Below, in pieces: positions 56,020 to 64,000 of a stretch of DNA of 64,000 nucleotides (the first letter of the stretch is position 1; every line of letters begins with the position of its first letter). The notes under the pieces were generated by a model. That model made no database searches, had not been told where the DNA came from, and saw nothing but the letters and a program-made list of their open reading frames with translations. The position numbers and the translations under genes are program-made. This DNA is from Azolla caroliniana (Eukaryota; Plantae; Polypodiophyta): contig JBHGNT010000014.1 in assembly GCA_043228905.1 (NCBI GenBank), positions 9,858,001 to 9,922,000 of the forward strand, written 5' to 3'.

Positions 56020-58410
56020 TCAACGGTCGGAAATCCATCGATTAGAGCATAGCTCTACGATCGATAACTTTGATCGGAGCATTGTTTGACTCGAACCTTG
56101 TCGTTCGGTTAGCATGTCGCTCAATTGGATTACACACTGATTGGCTCCTCCATTGCGACATGGGCCTTTCATGATTCTGTTACATGTATGTGTATTTTTC
56201 GGTTTCGTCATGTGAATTGAGCTTTGTATTTTGTACCCTTAGGTCTCTAAAATTTTTACCCTCAAGGTTTTTTTGAAATTTAATTTTTGGGCCTTGAGTT
56301 TTCAAATTTTCATCTTCTCTGCCCTTATGTTTCTGAAAATTTTCTCTCTGCCCCTTTCTCTTTTCTCTTTCTTTGATTTTTGAAATTCGTATTCCAGCCT
56401 TTCGATTCTAGTGGATGGCGGCGGCGATGGCGAGGGCAACGATTGCGGCAGCTGCGATGATGGCAACGGTGGCGACAACGATTGCGGTAGCGGCGGCGGC
56501 CCATCGGGGTTACGACCAAGTGGTCCCAGAAATACTGTCCATCATCATGTTCATTAACGCAGCAGAGCAGGGCATGTTGTAGAAGTTCAATGCTAGCAAT
56601 CTTCACCTTTGGGCAACGCGCTGATTTCGACATGACCCGCCAAAGATACTCAAATTCATCTCAAGGTGGTCTTGAATCAAAATTAGGTTCACCATGAACT
56701 TGAAAGCAAGAGACTGAAGGCTGATCTCCTCATCACTGTCGTCTTCATCTTCAACCCCCTTTTCACTCAAGGCCTGACACAAGGGATTGATTGTCGGAAG
56801 TGAAGGCTGCTAATGTCGTTCCTTTGAAGATCTTCAGAGACACAAATCTGATGATCCGGAAGCTCAGCCAAGCTGCACCCATTGAAGCCACCATGGCCCC
56901 CCAACGACATTGGAGAAGCGTCTCTCTCTTTGCATCACTTTCCTCTTGCTCAAGGTGGAGCTGACATTGATGTCTACGTCATCTTCATAGTCCTCTGAAT
57001 CATTCGTAAATGGATGTTTTACCTGTAAAGTCTTCATCTTGTAAAGACTCGATTTGTTTAGGTATAGGAAGCACCGAATCGTGAAATTCCTTTATAATCG
57101 TATCTGTAAGGTTGTGTTGATCTTGAAGTATTTGATACTACTCAAGTTGAGATACATGAGGATGGCGATGATACAGAATACTCAATTCCCTCATTTCAAG
57201 CTTTCTTGTCATTGCCTTGTGTTTCCGAGTGAAGTATGGGTGTGCAGAAAAAGGAAGAAGAAACAATGTTTGTATTACTTGTTTTGGAAGCGGTATCATT
57301 CCGATTCAGGGTAGATGAGTGAGGTTTGCTTGTTGAGATGTTGTTTTAGAATATCTTCGATTTCACCATTCTTCTCCTTGCCTTTGCATCTGTTTTGCTC
57401 GCTCTCATGAAGATCTATGTACACATCTCTACATCTTCAGTTATGCTCTTTTCCGTGGTATTATTCATTGATGCCATCTTCTCTCCTCTATATAAGTTGG
57501 ATGCTTTCCCAGAAGCAGAAGAGTAGCGATTGTTGGTAGCCACCATATATCTATCCAAGAACCGATTTCCAGAAAGTGGTTCTAGCTCATTCAACCGATG
57601 ATCAGACAGCTTAGAAAACTCTTAAGCATAGTAAGGATTAGCATCGGATGGTTTTAGAATCTCCAAGAGCCGATGATACGAAGAGTAGTCAGTGGAAGGC
57701 GGAGGGTTGATCATTGAGTTAGGAAGCTTATGAAAGTCCAAGTGCTGGTGTGAACTAGAATAAGGGTTAGGGTTAGAGGAGGGGGAAATTAGGGTTTCCA
57801 AGAAAAGTAGGAGGAAAATAGAACGGGGGGGAGGTTGCAGAAGGTGAGCTCCCCTTGTGGGTGTTTCGTGAGGAAGTCATCTCACTTTGGGGTTGTTATC
57901 CATGGCTTCTTCTTGGGGTTGGGTGCGGGAAGCGATAATAGGTCCATGCTCTGTTTGGTAGACACCCCTGTGAGGGCCCGTGGCCGCTTCTTCTAGCACA
58001 CATTCCCAACTTGCCCATTTCTGATGATCCCTGCTCCATCTAGTTTTCTTCCATCTCCAGCCTCCTCCAGACTTTCATTTTCATTCCTCCATAGGCATTG
58101 CCATTGTCATCGCAAATCGGCTCACATACAGAGAGTTCATGCACAAATCACACTCTCTAACACCAAGACCAACACATAGAGAAAGAGGAGAGAGAGATTA
58201 GTGAGGGGACGGGAGAGTGAGGGAGAGAGTGACTTCTTTTCAAGGGAGGTCGTTCCACTGTGTGTGCCAAAAGTGTTGTTCGGGTGGGGGGTGAATCCTA
58301 GAATGCCAAAAGTGCTCAAGGAGACAAGGGGCGAGATGCGTGTAATCGGGCGTGTGTATCGATGCACACGAAATATGTCTTTATGACATACAAAATGTGA
58401 AATAACATAG
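56020..58410 (-). mobile_element. Non-autonomous element C' (relative of B and C): partial 5' LTR, PBS and interior
   Basis: LTR end at 58274 (CACCCCCCACCCGAACAACA on minus, matching 30898-30917); PBS TGGCACACACAGTGGAAC 58252-58269; 56020-56160 is the reverse complement of ~30350-30485. Confidence 0.75.
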
Positions 58411-58422
58411 TGATTAGTTAGG

Positions 58423-58807
58423 TGTTGAGGAATACAAGGTAGGAGTGATTCGATAGGGTACTTTTAAGGCCACACGAATAGGGAATAATAATAATATCTG
58501 ATGGAGGAAATCGAGGGGAAATATCAACCCGAAAGTGGATGGCTTTATGGGTGATGTAACGGCCTCCCCTTGCTCTATAAAAGGGAGGTTTGAGACTGTT
58601 TTAGGGATCCACGTTTTGGGAGGACGAAGTGTTGTCGGTTTGAGAGACGAGCTCCCCTCCTCTCTCTCCGGAATATACATCAATTTTCTATGGTAAAATC
58701 TAAATGAAAATAATATCCTTTGTATTACAACTTATAGTCTAATGGTTAAGAGCTCAACCCATGTAACATAAGGTCATGGGTTTGAGTCTTGCCATATCAT
58801 GACAACA
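58423..58807. repeat. LTR-like fragment(s) containing a tRNA-like cassette
   Basis: TGTTG...CAACA ends, CTATAAAAGG near 58575, no TSD; may be two fragments. Confidence 0.4.
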
Positions 58808-58845
58808 CTCTAAACTCGAACCTCTGACTTTTAAAACACACAATA

Positions 58846-59010
58846 CCGAGATCGTTAACCGAGTCATTATGGGGTATATGACCTCTTGGGGCCCGTGATC
58901 TTTATTTAGACTGTCAAACTTGGGGTGGGATCATGACCGGAGAAATTAGAAGACTGTGTTGCAGGATCGGCTACAACCAAACATTATATATGTCCTTTAC
59001 CCAGACAGAA
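58846..59010 (-). repeat. Fragment of a D-family LTR
   Basis: Direct similarity to 33566-33728. Confidence 0.8.
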
Positions 59011-59077
59011 TGTTGTCCGTGGGCCAAAATAGTAACATATGAGAATCGCAATAGGAATTAGGTAGCAGTAGGTAAAC

Positions 59078-59646
59078 TGAAGAGAAATGCGCGGAATATT
59101 GCTCGGCCACAACTGAGTAGTAAAACACTTCTATAAGAATCAAACACAGAAATGGGAAGTGGAGAGTACACAAAGAAAAATGACATAGGATGTTTACGTG
59201 GAAAACCCTAATAGGGAAAAACCACAGGAGCCCACAAACTCCGAACTATCACTATGAATAGAAAGGGGTACAACCAGAGACTCGGAGGCAACGACCCCAA
59301 GCTCTGTTTCTTCGCACAGTGGCGGTTACAACAGAGTATCTCTATGTATCTCTCTCTCTCCCCCTCTCTCTGTACAACAATTACAACAATATGACCCCCA
59401 CACAATCGCACACACTATCTCACTCTATGTACAAGGTGATTGCCCTAAGTCATATTTATAGTTATATGAACTTAGGGCTATTTACAAATATAGCCTCAAT
59501 GGGCTTATTCAAGACATATTTACAAATCTGTCTTCTCTTCTGGTCCTCACTAGGTCCACCGATCCGGTTTCCGGATCTCTTCCGGTTCTCACCGGGTCCT
59601 CTTTATTTATCGCCAGATCCCATCCGGAGAGACCAATTTCCCAACA
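59078..59646 (-). repeat. Solo LTR related to 17793 and 43917
   Basis: TG...CA termini; TSD TAAAC; shares GGCTATATTTGTAAATAGCC and GTTGTGGCCGAGC motifs. Confidence 0.85.
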
Positions 59647-61972
59647 TAAACAATCGAAAGCAATTAGAAGCAGCCAAAATAAACACAGTTGAAAACGTGG
59701 AAAGAGAAGGAGCGTGCCAAGGAACATCTATATAAAGAGCAGTAGATCAAAGGAAGAGAGGGAGACCTATAGGAGAGAAGTCTAAAGGTACTACGTAATT
59801 AATCCTACTACAATGTATTTGATACCTTCCGACAGATAGCCGTGTAACTGTAATCACTACTCATTTCCGTAATCTAAACAATGTTGGGTCTATTTTGTGT
59901 CATTGTTCGTTTTCAATAATTGTTAAGTAACCTATCTCTCCCTATTGTGTATGCATAACCCGAGATATCCTCTTACGTAATCTGTAGGGTGTCATCCCGT
60001 TTCGTAAAAGCGATTTGACCACCATGTACCACAGTCCTTTGGTCCGATTCCGTTTAGGAATTGAAGGTGTCACCTCCGGAGAGGAAGGCAACACAATTTG
60101 GCACGCCTAGTTCACGCTGCATAGCACAACGAACTCACGTGGTGGTAATCCCAGTCGCCAGTATGGCGCCCAACAGAAGTACTCACTCTCATCCACCGTC
60201 TCACCGCACAGAGTCTGTCGAGGACACGGCCGATTCCGTGCTCACACAACATTCGTCCTCGGAATCGCAAGCCTTGCCATCAGTCAAATCCAGAAACCCA
60301 ATCTTCGCCACTAGTAATCCCAGACTCACTGTCACATATCGGTCATGATATTGCTACCCCTCCAAGTCCTCCGAAAGTCTCACATCCACCGGAGCGCAAC
60401 CCCTTCCCGGCCCTTCTGGACGACCCAGATCTTGATACAATGTCGTATCACCCCTATTTACGCTACACGGATGGCCCAGATGCCGAAATCCACATTCGCT
60501 CCTTTCTCAACACATGGCAAGCCAACCATTCAACACAACGGCTCACTGACATGGAGATCGATGCCTCCAAATCGCCGAATTCACTCTCTCCCTCGACAGC
60601 CCCGCTGCACGATGGTATTCCCGGCATGAACCTAGGCAGTTCACCACATTCCAAGATGTCCGCATGTAGTTTCTGGAATTATTCTACTGTGAGATTCCAA
60701 AACGGGAATTTCTTCGGCAATTTTACACATTCGCACAGGCACCCAACGAAACCGTATCCCAATTTGTTCTCCGATTTCAAGATCTATACCGCCAACTGGC
60801 ACAGGATGTCTCAGTAAACCATCTAGATGATATGTTCCTGGCTGGCCTCCGTGAGCCTTTACGCATGACGTTGGCTCTCACGGATTTTTCACAAGAAACC
60901 ATCGAGCAAGTGGTTGCCCGCGTTCTTGCGCTCTATAGGACACATCATAACAATTCAGTTGCAATGGGCATGCTTCAAACTGCCTTACCAATGACTCAGG
61001 AAACACAATTCCAGCAAGCGCTACAATGCACGGTATGCGCTAGATCTAGGCAATCCGCCCTTGATTGTCCTTCACGACTATAGTGCCCCATCTGCCATTC
61101 ACGGGTCCATACAGTAGAGCAGTGCGAATATAACATGTTGAACCGAATGAACACGGCCACAGTTCACCAAATTGAGCCTCGTCCCAATCAGGTGCAACCA
61201 CCCCCACTGAACAGAGAGGCAACATGGTCGTGGTAAGAAAACCGGCCACATTACAACACGAGGGGTACCTTTGACACGGCGTGTTACAATCAGGAAAACC
61301 AATACCGTGTCGAGCCCCTTTGCTACCCCAATCAATCACACCACACGAACGAGCACTGGCATTGTCATCAGGATAACCACCACTGGTGCAGGGATTACGG
61401 CCACAATGCACCACAGAATTATCGTGGCTTTTGAAATAATCACAGTTTCTGAAATTTCCACAACCGTCGACACTTTGACAATCACCGCCGCGATAATCAA
61501 CGCAACAATAAATGGTGGAACCCCCCAATGGAGGCTCAGGGAAACCCTCCACAGGGATATTCACCGCGGGGGTGGGAAGATCAACCACAAAATCTACCAC
61601 AAGCCCACTTCGAGCACGGTGACCCCAGTACCTCGACACCCATCACTTGCTTTAATTGCAAATCAACCAGGCCACTACGCCAACGAGTGCCCCACCAACA
61701 ATAGGGGCAAAGCAGCGGCAGTAAACATGATCACGATCGACGTACAACAGGTGACCACACGCAATAAGGACATGTAACAATCGCAGTGGGACATCCAGAA
61801 CTCCGTTCGGCAACAGGCTAAGGATTGGGTAGATGCAGCCAATAACGCCAACATAGACCGTATGAAAGCTGACATAGCGGAATCCAATGAATGGAAACAC
61901 GACCAACTATAGACTGCACACTCGGATTGACATAGCTCTACCGATCACACTAATACCGATCCCGGGTGGCAG

Positions 61973-62818
61973 GTGCTCGTAGACTCCCAAATCTCAATGT
62001 CGCTGCATAAATTGCTCAATCTATTACCTCGCTTCAAGGAGACGGTCCATTCCCTCACAAATCGGGATCCATTGCATTCATCCGTAAACCTCACGGCCCC
62101 GACACCAAGACCTCCTCTGATGGATTCACAAAATCCAGCCGTACAACTCATCTTACGAGGTCACGAAATTCCCAGACGCATTATCGATGGTGGTTTAGGC
62201 GTCAATGTCCTTAGTGAAACGACATGCAACAAGATCGACATCACTCAATGGGAGTCGTGTCCATTCTGGTTACGAATGGCTGATACACGGTCGATATGCT
62301 CGATAGGCCTCATCCAAAACTTCGAATTTACCTTGGGAGGACATGCTTTTACTGTGTCAGCTGTAATCTTACGCTTAGAGGCCCCCGACGCTTACCCCCT
62401 CCTGCTTGGACGTCCATGGCTGCATACCACCAACATCAAGCAGCACTGGCAACGTAACATGATCTCATTTCGGCGTGGGAAAACCAAAGTCTGCATTCTT
62501 ACGGAAGCACGGACCCCGACTCCTCCTAACAACAGCCTAATATACGCTGAAGGAGTCCATATGATAGATGGCCTCGCGGACGACGAGATGAACTCTTTCC
62601 TGGATGAGCACCCTACGATAGTTCCACTTTTTGAAATCGACGTCCTTTCGGCCGTCGAACCCTACGTAGCCAACGCCATCGATCACGAAGTTTCCCACGA
62701 ACCTAACCCGGCATCAATAAAAGAACTTCAACAAGCCCGTGACGCACTTGACCGCGAGTTAGCAATATCGCAACGTGTAAAAGCCTCCACCTTAGAAGAC
62801 GTCAACCTCGGCTCCCCT
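61973..62818 (+). pseudogene. pol: Aspartic protease region of element E
   Basis: IIDGGLGVNVL ... YPLLLGRPWL; cut by copia J. Confidence 0.85.
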
Positions 62819-64000
62819 TGTCGAATACATGTGTATAATGGACGTATTCACACCATCCCGTTTCGGCCATTTATGTAATTAGCATAAAGGGTAGTTGCCC
62901 TAAGTCGGTCACTATATATAGTGACCTTGTAACCTCTTTGTGAGGTTGGTTGTTGTATTATTGCTTTGTGAAATAAAGAGTCTTTTGTGTCTCTCTCTCT
63001 CTCTCTCTGTGCAACGACCTACATTCTGTCATACACAGGGAATAAACAGGAATCGAGTGCTTCAAGATCTTCCGCACTGACGACATTGCTTCCAACATCT
63101 GGTATCAGAGCCTGCACAGTAGTCGGTCCTTCAATCCGCTGTCGGCCGTCGTCTCTGTATTCGGTTTCCTGCGTCATTCGAAGAAAGAGAGAAGAAGAAC
63201 AAAAACGAGGTTTGCACCTCATCGCGTTAGATCCCCTTGCTTGGAGTAAGCCAGCAGGTTGTACTCTGTCCCTTGTGATCGTAACCGCTCGAGGTGAAAT
63301 CCCCTTGTGCAACTTTGACAACAACCCAAATTCGTGCTTCATCTGGCTGATCGACATTCGGGAGGATCAGTCGGATCCGTCTCTCTCGTCGCTGCAGTCA
63401 CCCGAAGCCGAATCGGTCCAGATAATCGGTTTCAATAATCGGTATTCGGCATATATATCCGAAGCGAACCGGGCTCACTCCGACTCGGCGACATTCGGGA
63501 AGACCAGTCGGTTCTGTCCCTCAGGTTACCGTAGTCAATTCGAGCAAGTTCAACAATACATATATCCGAAGCCGAACCGACTCGGGTTCAAATCCGACTA
63601 GAACGATATCGGGTGAGCCAACAGGCTGCACTCCAACAAGATTCGTAGTCAACTCCGAACCGAGCTTCGTCAACCGAAACCAAATTTGATGGCATCAACA
63701 TCCGGCTCGTCAGAAATGAGTCTACGAAAGTTCGATGGATCGAACTTTAACTTCTGGAAGGAGCAAATGCAGGACTATCTCATAGTCAAGGGGCAAATCG
63801 ATCCCATCGAAAATGAAGAACCTCCAAAAGGATACAAACCAATTGAGTGGCAGAAGCTGGACAGAATCGTCCGCGCCACGATTCGGATGCACCTATCGGA
63901 ATCGGTATACTTCACGGTGCAATCGTGTACGACAGCATTCGAACTGTGGAAAACACTGTCGGACACTTACGAAAAGAAGGTCGCCGCAACGAAGATGTTT
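62819..64000 (+). mobile_element. Ty1/copia element J, 5' end
   Basis: LTR 62819-63097; PBS TGGTATCAGAGC 63100-63111; gag starts at 63689. Confidence 0.9.
63689..64000 (+). CDS. gag: Copia gag N-terminus, running off the window
   Basis: MASTSGSSEMSLRKFDGSNFNFWKEQMQDYL...TIRMHLSESVYFTV...TYEK, homologous to copia H gag. Confidence 0.88.
   Translation, partial: MASTSGSSEMSLRKFDGSNFNFWKEQMQDYLIVKGQIDPIENEEPPKGYKPIEWQKLDRIVRATIRMHLSESVYFTVQSCTTAFELWKTLSDTYEKKVAATKMF

Larger units (their letters stand above)
59011..62818 (+). mobile_element. Non-chromovirus Ty3/gypsy element E (family of A and D), 5' part
   Basis: 5' LTR 59011-60093 (with a nested solo LTR); PBS TGGCACGCCTAGT 60099-60111; gag remnants; knuckle ending NQPGHYANEC; protease IIDGGLGVN and CPFWLRMADTRS as in A. 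Confidence 0.88.

Overview
Gene-free window made almost entirely of nested LTR retrotransposons. It is eukaryotic and probably a large land-plant genome; a fern or other non-seed plant is my inference from the lineage mix. I resolve about 25 elements or fragments from TG...CA termini, target-site duplications (TSDs), primer binding sites (PBS), polypurine tracts (PPT) and gag/PR/RT/RH/INT/chromodomain motifs: five Ty1/copia elements (one nearly intact, LTRs differing at 1 of 198 nt), chromoviruses including a self-priming Tcn1/Tf1-like element, a tRNA-Trp-primed gypsy family with 4-bp CpG-centred targets, several solo LTRs, and a non-chromovirus gypsy family with non-autonomous partners. Main observation: in four copies of that last family the 3' LTR has no PPT upstream. 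It is preceded by a conserved motif ending (T)CCCACGGGCGTGCCA, which looks like a tRNA 3' end with CCA and is the reverse complement of the family PBS. This suggests an unusual, possibly tRNA-primed, plus-strand initiation. Further signals are outward-facing tRNA-like A/B-box cassettes in U3 of unrelated LTRs and a heat-shock-element array beside a TATA box. No host genes, rRNA, true tRNA genes or CRISPR were recognised. Lineage and tRNA assignments are from motif memory, not database searches.
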